Positions 45,276 through 53,379 of a DNA stretch of 64,000 bases are shown piece by piece (the stretch's first letter is position 1; every line of letters starts with the position of its first letter). Origin of the DNA: a virus; IMG/VR virus record IMGVR_UViG_3300032144_000005. The stretch is one strand, 5' to 3'. Below the pieces are notes generated by a model, which made no database searches, had not been told where the DNA came from, and saw only the letters and a program-made list of their open reading frames with translations. A program made the translations under genes and the position numbers.

Positions 45276-45734
45276 TTACGACGCCTTGGACGCCTTGGTG
45301 TTGGCCTGCGTCTCGATGGAGATCACCATGCCATGACGAATCACGACATCATCGGTGATCTGCGCACCGTCGATGCGGCACACGGAGTTGCGACCGAAGC
45401 CCAGCACCTGCTGATACGAGACATTGGTGAGAATGTCGCGGATCGTGGTGCCCTCCGGCAGCTCACGGGTGATGCTGTTGCCCGGCCCGTGGCTCAGCGT
45501 GACGGAGACGTTCGCCGCCTTTCGGTTGGCGACCGTCTCGACATCCACGACGTCACCCGGCTGGATAACATACGTCGACGGCTGGACCTGACCACGGACA
45601 CGCGCCTGAACATTGTCGCCAATGCCGAGCGCCATCTTGATCGAGGTGTTGGACAGAAGGTCGGCGATGGTACGTCCAGCCCAGTTCTGGGTGATGGAGT
45701 TGCCGTAGCCGAACTTGATGGTTGTGGAGGACAT
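45276..45734 (-). CDS. Tandem di-ubiquitin-like (beta-grasp) protein
   Basis: Two ~74-aa units alignable by eye (GNSIT, G.TI.D.L.N, LG.G.N, VI..G.V..ET.AN.KA); directly upstream of E2/E1/JAB. Confidence 0.82.
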   Translation of the reverse strand: MSSTTIKFGYGNSITQNWAGRTIADLLSNTSIKMALGIGDNVQARVRGQVQPSTYVIQPGDVVDVETVANRKAANVSVTLSHGPGNSITRELPEGTTIRDILTNVSYQQVLGFGRNSVCRIDGAQITDDVVIRHGMVISIETQANTKASKAS

Positions 45735-45748
45735 GTTGTATCTTTTCT

Positions 45749-46405
45749 TTAACTATCGTTGTTTGTTTTGTGCGTAGTTTCCTGATGACCCTGTTGCACA
45801 TTCAGGGACGGTGTTACCCGCTCAGAAAGTAGGTGCGCTGTGTTCTTGCGAACACGGTGGCGCAAAGTGTTTCGGTTGATCCCGAGCAAGCGGGCTGCTT
45901 CAGAGCAGCACACCCGCTTGCCGTCGACAATAACCCACACCGTTCTCGTGGTGTTGGCGTTCTGCTTGTCTCTCGGAATCCAGATGCAGTTTTCCTTGGT
46001 GTAGTCTCCAGTGACCTCTTGCCTTTCTAGCGACATTCCGGGCGGACATTCGCCCATGTCCTCAAGGAAGTTCTCGAAGCTCATCCATCTGGCGCAAACC
46101 TTGATTCGAGAATAGGTCTTGTACTTCGGGTTCTTGCTGTCGGGCCTGCACCTTTGGATCATGGCGTCCCAAACATGATAGGTCTTGGAATAGCTATGGC
46201 CGTGGGTGGTCTTCGCCTTTCTCGACAGATCAATCTTCAGGCAGCCGCACGACTTAGAGTCGCCGTATATCAGGTTGAAGGCGTCGCACGCTTTCTCTTT
46301 GCCGCAGTCACATCGGCAGAGGTACTTGATCCTTCGCGCTCCGCCTCTCGACACCTGCCTGACAACAAGAAGCCTTCCGAATCTTTCACCAGTTAGATCT
46401 TTCAT
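45749..46405 (-). mobile_element. Free-standing HNH homing endonuclease (Zn-ribbon + HNH + HTH type)
   Basis: DLTGERFGRL, CRCDCG, SCGC, W.AMIQRC, IKVCARW.SFENFLEDMG, SLER..GDY..ENC.W; markedly lower GC than flanks. Confidence 0.88.
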
Positions 46406-46407
46406 GG

Positions 46408-46635
46408 TCAGTTCCTGTGTCTCCCGTAGTAGTGCTGAACCTTGCGCTGAAAGTCCTCAGCCTGCTCACGGGAAGAGAACAGGTGCTGGGTGTACGGAAT
46501 GTCACCAAGCAGGCCGGGACCGTAGAGCATCCCGAGGAACACGACTCCCTTGGAGCCGTGCCCTAGGATGTACCTCAAGTCATCCCCATCCAGAGTGATC
46601 GCGACAACTTCGCCTCGTTCATTCTTTTCGAGCAT
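46408..46635 (-). CDS. Hypothetical protein
   Basis: Packed ORF with C/A-rich leader. Confidence 0.6.
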   Translation of the reverse strand: MLEKNERGEVVAITLDGDDLRYILGHGSKGVVFLGMLYGPGLLGDIPYTQHLFSSREQAEDFQRKVQHYYGRHRN

Positions 46636-46671
46636 GACTGGTTTTGTTTTGGGGTTGGGGTGAAGGCGAGA

Positions 46672-47028
46672 TCAGTCCTCCCGTCCGGGCAGCGTGGTGC
46701 TGTCCGCCTGCCGCTGGAGCTTCTCGTCGATCTCACGCTCCGCATCGACGCGCTGCATGTGGCGCTCGATGATTTCCATGACGACCTTCTCGATCTCGAC
46801 GAGACGCGCGGGCGTCAGCTTCGAGGGATGGTCGGCATAGACAGCGAGGCTGACGGTGCCACGAAAGTCATTGATGCTGTCAATGAATGGCAGGTCCATC
46901 AGCTCCATGTGGCACTGGTCGTCGTCGTGCCCGTACTGGGGCAGCTCGAAGATCTCGCCGTCGGGGCCGGTGATGTTGAGGTCGATGGTGGTGTAGGCGG
47001 GGGTGAACTTCAGATGTGGCTGTGTCAT
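46672..47028 (-). CDS. Hypothetical protein
   Basis: ATGA overlap with upstream gene (MTQPHLKF). Confidence 0.6.
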   Translation of the reverse strand: MTQPHLKFTPAYTTIDLNITGPDGEIFELPQYGHDDDQCHMELMDLPFIDSINDFRGTVSLAVYADHPSKLTPARLVEIEKVVMEIIERHMQRVDAEREIDEKLQRQADSTTLPGRED

Positions 47029-47462
47029 GTCGGTTGTTGGGTGGAGAGGTTTTGCTTGAACATGGCGTCGTGGGTCTCCGGCGACATCACGCTGGTCAGG
47101 AGGTACACCTCGCACCACAGGTGCGGGATCGGTCCCTTGCAGCGCATGTCGCGGGTGGCCACGAGATCATTGACGGTTTCGATTTCACTGAGGAATTCGA
47201 CGCCGTGCTGGCAGTAGGGGCAGCGCGTGCCGCCCTGCTTGATGAAGCGGCGCTGCACCGGCTTGGTGAGGAAGGTCGATGGCACGCCTTCAAGGGCGAT
47301 GACCGGCTCGACTGGCGGCACGGTCCGGTGCAGGGCTGGTCGCAGGTTGGCGAAAGAGTGGGGACATGCCTGCTTGCGGCACATCTTCCACTCGAAGTTG
47401 TTCACCGCGCAGTGGCAGTTGGTGCACTCGCGCAGTTCCAGTTCGGATGGATCAGGGTTCAT
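47025..47462 (-). CDS. Cys-rich Zn-finger-like protein
   Basis: CTNC..C.KQACPH and CPYC..C..C clusters. Confidence 0.6.
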   Translation of the reverse strand: MNPDPSELELRECTNCHCAVNNFEWKMCRKQACPHSFANLRPALHRTVPPVEPVIALEGVPSTFLTKPVQRRFIKQGGTRCPYCQHGVEFLSEIETVNDLVATRDMRCKGPIPHLWCEVYLLTSVMSPETHDAMFKQNLSTQQPT

Positions 47463-47800
47463 GTCGATGGGATGTATTCGGTGTCGATGATATGGCGGGC
47501 ATAGATTCGGAGCACGTCACCCTTCTTCAGGGTGTGGATGTAGGTGCCCTTGAGTTCGTTCATGATCTCCGCGTCGATCCAATCGAGCGGGGAGGAGGCG
47601 ATGAAGAGAACCTTGCACCAGAACGCTTCGGAGTTGTCGTCCGGCGGATACGCCCAGACGGCAGCGACCTTGATGAAGTCCGGCGACAGGAAGCGCACGT
47701 CGTCGATCTTCATCTCCGGGCTTTGCATCTGATTGCGTAGCCAGAACGGCTGCGTCGTGGCGTTCATGTTCCTCGGGTTGGGATAGCATGGATTACTCAC
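47459..47800 (-). CDS. Hypothetical protein (start uncertain)
   Basis: Overlap-coupled ORF. Confidence 0.5.
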   Translation of the reverse strand: MSNPCYPNPRNMNATTQPFWLRNQMQSPEMKIDDVRFLSPDFIKVAAVWAYPPDDNSEAFWCKVLFIASSPLDWIDAEIMNELKGTYIHTLKKGDVLRIYARHIIDTEYIPST

Positions 47801-48035
47801 CTACCACCTCCTTCCGGTTCTGGTTCAGGGCGTGCTCCAGAACGTAGGCGAAGTAGGTGAGGAGGAGCTGGCGCTCGTTCATCGTCTTCAGGATCTCCGG
47901 CTGGGTGCCAAGCCAGTCGATGATACTGTCGCGGACGTACGAGTTCGGATGCGCGTTCACATAATCGACCAGCTCGTTGAGCTTCTCGATGGGGACGATC
48001 TCGGTGAGCGGGATCGTCCGGGGTTTATCTTTCAT
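47793..48035 (-). CDS. Hypothetical protein
   Basis: Overlap-coupled ORF. Confidence 0.6.
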   Translation of the reverse strand: MKDKPRTIPLTEIVPIEKLNELVDYVNAHPNSYVRDSIIDWLGTQPEILKTMNERQLLLTYFAYVLEHALNQNRKEVVGE

Positions 48036-48246
48036 TGCGGGGGTCCTTTTTGGTGGTGATGTACCAGCCCATGATGCAGGGCCAGAAGATGGCGTGGACG
48101 CACAGAGAGACCGGGACGGCGATGAGGATCACGATTCCCTGATACTTCTTGTGCCTCTCGTAGGTGAAGAAGGCGGTGATGTTCCCGACCGAGAACAGCA
48201 GGCCGACGATGATGTAGAACCAGATGAAGTCGGTCAGGTCATTCAT
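48025..48246 (-). CDS. Small two-TM membrane protein
   Basis: Two hydrophobic helices. Confidence 0.6.
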   Translation of the reverse strand: MNDLTDFIWFYIIVGLLFSVGNITAFFTYERHKKYQGIVILIAVPVSLCVHAIFWPCIMGWYITTKKDPRNER

Positions 48247-48664
48247 CGGCGGCGTACTCCAGTTCGTTGCCCTCGTCGTCGCCGATGGGGTTGGGCAGGT
48301 TGTACTTCAGGGCGACGGCCTTGAAGAAGGGCAGCCCATATTGGGCGTAGTCGTTGAACTCGTGGAGCGGATCGTCGAGGACCCACATCCACATCTTGAC
48401 GACGGAGTGCATGAGCGAGGCGGAGATGCCGCGCTTGTTGAGCGCCTTCTCGAAACCGAAGGCCACGTCCAAGGCGAGCTGCGCCTTGATCGCTTCCTCG
48501 GTCCACGGTCGGGGTGTGTAGGTGCTGACATCGAAGCCGTCAGCGGGCTTCAGTCCCAGCTTCTCCCACTCCTCCGGCTTGAAGTACATGCCAAGGCGAC
48601 CGGCATCACGCCCGTCGAGGCAGTCGATCTTGAACGTATCCAATACTACTTGTTGTGTTTTCAT
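48239..48664 (-). CDS. Phage hypothetical protein
   Basis: LDGRD..RL..DVAFGFEKALNKRGISASLM..YGLP.FKA.A.KY..NPIG; I recall this pattern from other phages. ATGA overlap. Confidence 0.7.
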   Translation of the reverse strand: MKTQQVVLDTFKIDCLDGRDAGRLGMYFKPEEWEKLGLKPADGFDVSTYTPRPWTEEAIKAQLALDVAFGFEKALNKRGISASLMHSVVKMWMWVLDDPLHEFNDYAQYGLPFFKAVALKYNLPNPIGDDEGNELEYAADE

Positions 48665-49149
48665 AGGGAAAGTTTGGCGAGGATGGCGCGCAGCTCGGCG
48701 GCGAACTTCTCGTGGGCAATGCGCGCCCACTGGTTCCAGTGGCTGGCGGCGTTGCTGTCGTTGATGACGGCGAGCACCTTCAGCTCGTCGACGAGGCGGC
48801 GCCTCTCGTCGAGCAGACGACGGGAGATCTCGTCGTCGGCAGCCATCATGTCGTCGGCCATGGCGCAGCCGGGGAATCCAGACGGGCACTCCGACATCGT
48901 CTGCTTGCCGCAGTACACGCAGGGCGTCGGCAGCTTGGCGATGATACCGCGCAGGATGGTGTTCTCCTTCAGCTTCTGGGCATAGTGCGCCTCGATGGTG
49001 CGCAGCAGTTCGAGGCAGGCCGTGTCGCTGTGCCCGTGGTAGTGGCGCATGATCACGGGGCGGATCGCCTCGAACAGGGCGTCCACGTCTTGGCGTTTCA
49101 GGTAGGCGAGGTCCTTCTGGAATTGTTCGTCGTTGGTTTCTTCACTCAT
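48661..49149 (-). CDS. Hypothetical protein with Cys cluster
   Basis: PCVYCG..ECPSGFPGC; start MSEETND. Confidence 0.6.
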   Translation of the reverse strand: MSEETNDEQFQKDLAYLKRQDVDALFEAIRPVIMRHYHGHSDTACLELLRTIEAHYAQKLKENTILRGIIAKLPTPCVYCGKQTMSECPSGFPGCAMADDMMAADDEISRRLLDERRRLVDELKVLAVINDSNAASHWNQWARIAHEKFAAELRAILAKLSL

Positions 49150-49420
49150 GATCGGACTCCATGATGGCCTTGCGCAGGGCGTCGTGCAGCGCAGCGTACT
49201 GTCCCTTGCTGCGGTTGAGGTCGCCCTGCACGGTGCGGCACAGGTTGGTGGCGATGACGGCACGGGTCTCTGCGCTTTGAACACGCGCCTCGCATATGTG
49301 GATGAAGTTCTCCAGCTCCTTGCGGACGAGCGGCCACTCCGAGAACTTGCCGGAGATGGTGCCTTGCAGGATGGCTTCGAGGTTGGGGTGGTTCTTTAGT
49401 ATCTCTTCGATGTCTTTCAT
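49142..49420 (-). CDS. Hypothetical protein
   Basis: MKDIEEIL; overlap-coupled. Confidence 0.55.
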   Translation of the reverse strand: MKDIEEILKNHPNLEAILQGTISGKFSEWPLVRKELENFIHICEARVQSAETRAVIATNLCRTVQGDLNRSKGQYAALHDALRKAIMESDHE

Positions 49421-49545
49421 TTCGATTTGAGTTCGATGAGCAGCATCTTCTCCAGCGCTTTCGCGGTGGCGTTGTATCCCTTGAGTCGCATGACCTGCGC
49501 TGCTCCATGCAGGGTGCGGATGTACTCGGTGATCTTGATCTTCAT
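49417..49545 (-). CDS. 42-aa hypothetical protein
   Basis: MKIKITEYIR; ATGA overlaps. Confidence 0.45.
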   Translation of the reverse strand: MKIKITEYIRTLHGAAQVMRLKGYNATAKALEKMLLIELKSK

Positions 49546-49994
49546 GGCAGGTGGAGGATGGTTTGGGTGGGTGGGCATGGCAGCAGTCCCTCTTTGCGCA
49601 GGGCCTTGGCAAACTGCCATGCGTGCAGCGCGTTCTCCCGCTGCTTGCGCACACGGGAGAACACGCCGTGCATCTTGGTCCAGCGCTGGCGCCAGTTGTC
49701 GACGAGCGTGCTCCATTCCCGCCGGATCTCGTACGGCATTTCGAGATCACGAGTGGCGAGGACGAAGTCATCGCACTCCTGCATCGCCTTGCGTGCAGCG
49801 GCAGACTTGCTCACGCGAAGCTGCGCATCGGTGGCAGCGAAGACCGCCTTGTTATCGAGGCTGGACGAGCTGATGTAGTGGAAGCAACGGGCGCAGCCGT
49901 GGACGTAGAGCGATACCGCCTTGCGGTAGTCACCCTTCACGCCAGCGGCGACGGCCTTGGGATTGCAGACGGCGAAGTCATCGAGCGGCTTCAC
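49542..49994 (-). CDS. Hypothetical protein
   Basis: GTG start overlapping the upstream stop. Confidence 0.55.
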   Translation of the reverse strand: MKPLDDFAVCNPKAVAAGVKGDYRKAVSLYVHGCARCFHYISSSSLDNKAVFAATDAQLRVSKSAAARKAMQECDDFVLATRDLEMPYEIRREWSTLVDNWRQRWTKMHGVFSRVRKQRENALHAWQFAKALRKEGLLPCPPTQTILHLP

Positions 49995-50242
49995 GGTCCC
50001 TCCTCCTTCTTGCCCTTGAAGGCTTCACTCTCCTCCCGCTTCTTGCGGAACTCGTTCAGCTCCTCTTGAATCAGGTCGATGGTGATGGGCTTGGCGCCGC
50101 CTGCGAGGATGCGCCGCATGCAGGCGGTGCCGATGATGGACAGGCTTTCCTTGAGGGCGAGGAGATGGAGCATGGTCTCTCCATCCACCTCGTGCACTTC
50201 CATCCTTGGTTTATCTTCGTGGTCTCGGGTGTTGTCTTTCAT
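49991..50242 (-). CDS. Hypothetical protein
   Basis: Packed ORF. Confidence 0.55.
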   Translation of the reverse strand: MKDNTRDHEDKPRMEVHEVDGETMLHLLALKESLSIIGTACMRRILAGGAKPITIDLIQEELNEFRKKREESEAFKGKKEEGP

Positions 50243-50244
50243 GG

Positions 50245-50439
50245 TTAGTCTTCGATGACGGTTGGATATTTCTTGAGGTCAGCCTCGGTGGCCGGGCCTT
50301 CATCAACCCAGCCGATGCCGACCCAGCGGTGACGGTGCAATACCTGTGGAGGCATGAGCACGCACTTGATGCGCTTCTCCTTGCCAGCGACCATTGAGAT
50401 CGTGCTGAGTTCGGAGCGCTTAATGGTACGCTTCTTCAT
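50245..50439 (-). CDS. Hypothetical protein
   Basis: Packed ORF. Confidence 0.55.
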   Translation of the reverse strand: MKKRTIKRSELSTISMVAGKEKRIKCVLMPPQVLHRHRWVGIGWVDEGPATEADLKKYPTVIED

Positions 50440-50627
50440 GGCAGGATGGCGGTGAAGGTTTCGCCCGTGCCGAGTATCTCGACACGGGAACAGAGGCGGT
50501 CTGGCTCATCGCCGAATAGTTTGTAGGCTGGCTTCGGGTCTTCGAGCAGGCGGCACGGACGGGTGTCGTCCATGCCGTTGTACCCGCAGTCGAGGTCGAC
50601 CTCGTCGCCTTTCTTGTAGGTCCTCAT
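50436..50627 (-). CDS. Hypothetical protein
   Basis: MRTYKKGDEV; ATGA overlap. Confidence 0.5.
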   Translation of the reverse strand: MRTYKKGDEVDLDCGYNGMDDTRPCRLLEDPKPAYKLFGDEPDRLCSRVEILGTGETFTAILP

Positions 50628-50824
50628 TCGATGTTGGCCATGTATGCCACGGCGGCATGCAGCAGTTGCCTGCGGCGGGTGATGAGCCGGTTGCGGGCGG
50701 TGCTCCTTCTCTTCGGGCAGCCGTCCTTGCAACTGGCCTTGTGGTGGTACGCCGCCGCATGGAAATTACCGGCGGCCTTGACGAGCGCCTTGTGCTGGCG
50801 CTCCCAGTCTTGCATGGTTTTCAT
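50624..50824 (-). CDS. Basic hypothetical protein
   Basis: MKTMQDWERQ; ATGA overlap. Confidence 0.5.
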   Translation of the reverse strand: MKTMQDWERQHKALVKAAGNFHAAAYHHKASCKDGCPKRRSTARNRLITRRRQLLHAAVAYMANIE

Positions 50825-51249
50825 TTGCGGGGGAGTCGGTTGTGGGCGTGGGTCGCAGCCTGTCCGGCGGCGAGCAGTTCCTGTAGCTTGCTGGCGATGA
50901 TGTCCAAGCCCTGACGCAGGGCGGTGCGCAGCTTCTTGTGCTGCGTGTAGAACACACCGCCCGTGCTCTCGGGTGATAGCCAGAAGACGGTGAAGGTGTC
51001 GATGGCCCGGTCGTAGTGCACCTTCACGTTGTTGCACTCGGAGTTGACGGCATAGAACCACCCGCAGTTCTCCCACACGCGCGGCTTGAAGTCGGGGCCG
51101 AGCGCAAGGGCGAGGGCTTCGGCGTTTGCCGTCGCCTCGTTGAACATGTCGATGGTGCAGCCGTGGCCACAGGCGGGTGAGCAGTATCGCTTGCCCTTGC
51201 GGACAGGTGTCCACGACAGGGCTTCAGGTTTCTTTTTCTTGGTCTTCAT
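50821..51249 (-). CDS. Hypothetical protein with C/H cluster
   Basis: YCSPACGHGC..WEN.GWFY. Confidence 0.6.
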   Translation of the reverse strand: MKTKKKKPEALSWTPVRKGKRYCSPACGHGCTIDMFNEATANAEALALALGPDFKPRVWENCGWFYAVNSECNNVKVHYDRAIDTFTVFWLSPESTGGVFYTQHKKLRTALRQGLDIIASKLQELLAAGQAATHAHNRLPRK

Positions 51250-51665
51250 GAGGATTGTTTGTTGGCGAGTTCGAGGGCGTCTCGAACCTGCTTTGTATTC
51301 TGGCGCACGCTCTCGGGGAGGAAGTCCTCGATGACGGCGACGAGCGCCGCGATCTTGTCGGCATCGGTCACCGGCTTATCGACCAGCTCGAAGTAGGTGT
51401 GTCCACGCCGACCGCACACGTCACGCCTGCGCTTGACCTTACCGAGCTTGATCAGATGCAGGATGATGGGTCGGGCATCGAAGCGGTCGGGCCAGTAGCT
51501 ATGGGCGCGGCGACGCAGCTCGCGCGCCTTGGTATCCAGCTTGCTAGTGCGGTCGGGCTCGACAGGGATGGCGATGAGGACGGGACCGCCGTCATCCATC
51601 AGCCCGTGCTTGGCGAGGGCCTCAAGCACGAGGGCTTTCTTTTGTTTGGATGTGGGATGTTTCAT
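51246..51665 (-). CDS. Hypothetical protein
   Basis: MKHPTSK; ATGA overlap. Confidence 0.55.
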   Translation of the reverse strand: MKHPTSKQKKALVLEALAKHGLMDDGGPVLIAIPVEPDRTSKLDTKARELRRRAHSYWPDRFDARPIILHLIKLGKVKRRRDVCGRRGHTYFELVDKPVTDADKIAALVAVIEDFLPESVRQNTKQVRDALELANKQSS

Positions 51666-51859
51666 GACACGCGGAGGACGATGCAGCCGGAGGCGTGCGG
51701 CACGGTGCACACGGTGACGGGGCTGTTGTCCTCGTCATCGGGGTCGTTGGCGACGAGGGCGCTTACGTTGTCCTCGGTGTAGAGGTCGTCGGCCTGCACG
51801 GTCTTGATGTGTTCACCGTTGGAGGCGGTGATATGGTAGGTATGTTTTCCTTGGATCAT
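51662..51859 (-). CDS. Hypothetical protein
   Basis: AACCTCAAC leader motif upstream. Confidence 0.55.
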   Translation of the reverse strand: MIQGKHTYHITASNGEHIKTVQADDLYTEDNVSALVANDPDDEDNSPVTVCTVPHASGCIVLRVS

Positions 51860-51877
51860 TGTCGTGGTGGGTTGAGG

Positions 51878-52252
51878 TTACTTCTTCTTGGTCTTGGTGA
51901 CCTTCTCGAAGGCCGCCATGTATTCGGCGTAGCACTTCTTGAGATTCTTCTCCGTGCGGGCGTGGTCGTACCGCCCGTTCTTCGTGAAGCAGAGCGCACC
52001 CCAGCTATGGTTGGGGTAGAAGCTGAGCGCGTGGTTGGCGAAGACGTACACGTCGGGCGCGATGTTCACGACCCAGATGTTCTCGGAGATGCTCTCGCCG
52101 GGAATCTTGACGGACAGCTTGGTGTGGCGGGGCGTGGGGTTGTCGCCCTTGCCGAAGACGATCTCGACTTCATCGGAGGCGACGTAGCCACGGGCGATGA
52201 TGGCGGCCACGGTTTCAGGGCTGAGGGATTTTTCTTGGACGTTGGATTTCAT
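51878..52252 (-). CDS. Hypothetical protein
   Basis: MKSNVQEK; AACCTCAAC leader after a terminator. Confidence 0.6.
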   Translation of the reverse strand: MKSNVQEKSLSPETVAAIIARGYVASDEVEIVFGKGDNPTPRHTKLSVKIPGESISENIWVVNIAPDVYVFANHALSFYPNHSWGALCFTKNGRYDHARTEKNLKKCYAEYMAAFEKVTKTKKK

Positions 52253-52276
52253 GGGTGGTTGAGGTTGACTGACGGG

Positions 52277-52313
52277 AAAAAGAAACCCCGCCACGCACGA
52301 GGCATGGCGGGGT
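52277..52313 (-). terminator. Intrinsic terminator in early gene cluster
   Basis: ACCCCGCCA...TGGCGGGGT stem followed by TTCTTTTT on the minus strand. Confidence 0.8.
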
Positions 52314-52344
52314 CGGTGCTATGATGACCAAAGCGGACTGAGCA

Positions 52345-52662
52345 TCAGCCCAGTCCGAAGTGAACGACGTTGGCGAGGGCGTCGGGTTTCTCACAGGGAA
52401 TCCAGCCATCGTCGGCTTTGTTGCGGGCGTACCATTCCTCGGACTTGGACATGGCGAGGTATCCGGGTGAGAACGTCTCGATGACGACGTACATGTACCA
52501 GCCTGCCTCAGTGTCGAGGTAGTCGAGGCACCTGACCGCCTCCTCGTGCGTGAAGTAGAAGGCGACGGCGTGTGCGATGGAGCACTTCATGTCGCGCGTC
52601 TGTATCTGGCTGACGATCCAGATCTTTTTGTCGGCGTCAGTGACGGGGTTGGTTGTGGTCAT
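52345..52662 (-). CDS. Hypothetical protein
   Basis: MTTTNPVTDADK. Confidence 0.55.
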   Translation of the reverse strand: MTTTNPVTDADKKIWIVSQIQTRDMKCSIAHAVAFYFTHEEAVRCLDYLDTEAGWYMYVVIETFSPGYLAMSKSEEWYARNKADDGWIPCEKPDALANVVHFGLG

Positions 52663-52883
52663 AGCTGGGTGAGTTTGAGGAGAAGCATGCAGCAGGTGGT
52701 CTCGCACAGCAGGGCGCCGACGAAGTACAGCACCTGCATTGGCGTGCAGTCCCGGCTCACATGCGAGTGGTGCATCATCATGGCGAAGAGCAGGCCCGCT
52801 GCTTGGACGGCGAAGTACGCAGCAGCGAGGATCATGATGAAGATGACCGCGCCGGGCGGGATGGTGATGGTGATGGATTGCAT
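52659..52883 (-). CDS. Small two-TM membrane protein
   Basis: Two hydrophobic segments. Confidence 0.55.
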   Translation of the reverse strand: MQSITITIPPGAVIFIMILAAAYFAVQAAGLLFAMMMHHSHVSRDCTPMQVLYFVGALLCETTCCMLLLKLTQL

Positions 52884-52887
52884 AAGA

Positions 52888-53169
52888 TCAGCGCAGTTGG
52901 CTGCGGTTGAAGACGAGCACGGTGCCGACAACGGTCGAGCCACCGCCGGAGCGCAGCCACAGGTGGGTGGCCTTGGGGTTGGGCTTGAGGCGCAGGCTGA
53001 TGCCGTCCTCGTTCAGTGCCATGCGGCGCAGGCGGTCGCCGTCCCGCACGATGACGGTCTCGACGTAGCCGCCGACGATTCGCTGCATTTCTTCGAGGGT
53101 AAAGGTCTGCCCGTTGGCGGGTTCGACCTCGGTCTCTTCGCCTTCGGGGGTGATGATGCGGGCTTTCAT
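52888..53169 (-). CDS. DUF3846-like protein
   Basis: TLEEMQ.IVGGYVE..NEDG..L.PN..AT..VVG.V pattern. Confidence 0.7.
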   Translation of the reverse strand: MKARIITPEGEETEVEPANGQTFTLEEMQRIVGGYVETVIVRDGDRLRRMALNEDGISLRLKPNPKATHLWLRSGGGSTVVGTVLVFNRSQLR

Positions 53170-53378
53170 GGTGGGGGTTCTGCGGTGGGCTGCTCGGGTT
53201 GGGGTTTCAGTTTGCATGTCAGGAGGAACAGGTGGTTGTGGGCGTCGATCCGCTTCATGCCACGCTCACGGGTGAGCAGGCGCAGGGCGGCGCTGTAGTC
53301 CATCAGCATCCCGTCGAGCCGGAACATCAGCTCGTCGCAGCCGGGCAGGTCGACGGACTCGTCGGGTGGTGAGGTCAT
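53166..53378 (-). CDS. Hypothetical protein
   Basis: Packed ORF. Confidence 0.5.
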   Translation of the reverse strand: MTSPPDESVDLPGCDELMFRLDGMLMDYSAALRLLTRERGMKRIDAHNHLFLLTCKLKPQPEQPTAEPPP

Positions 53379-53379
53379 G

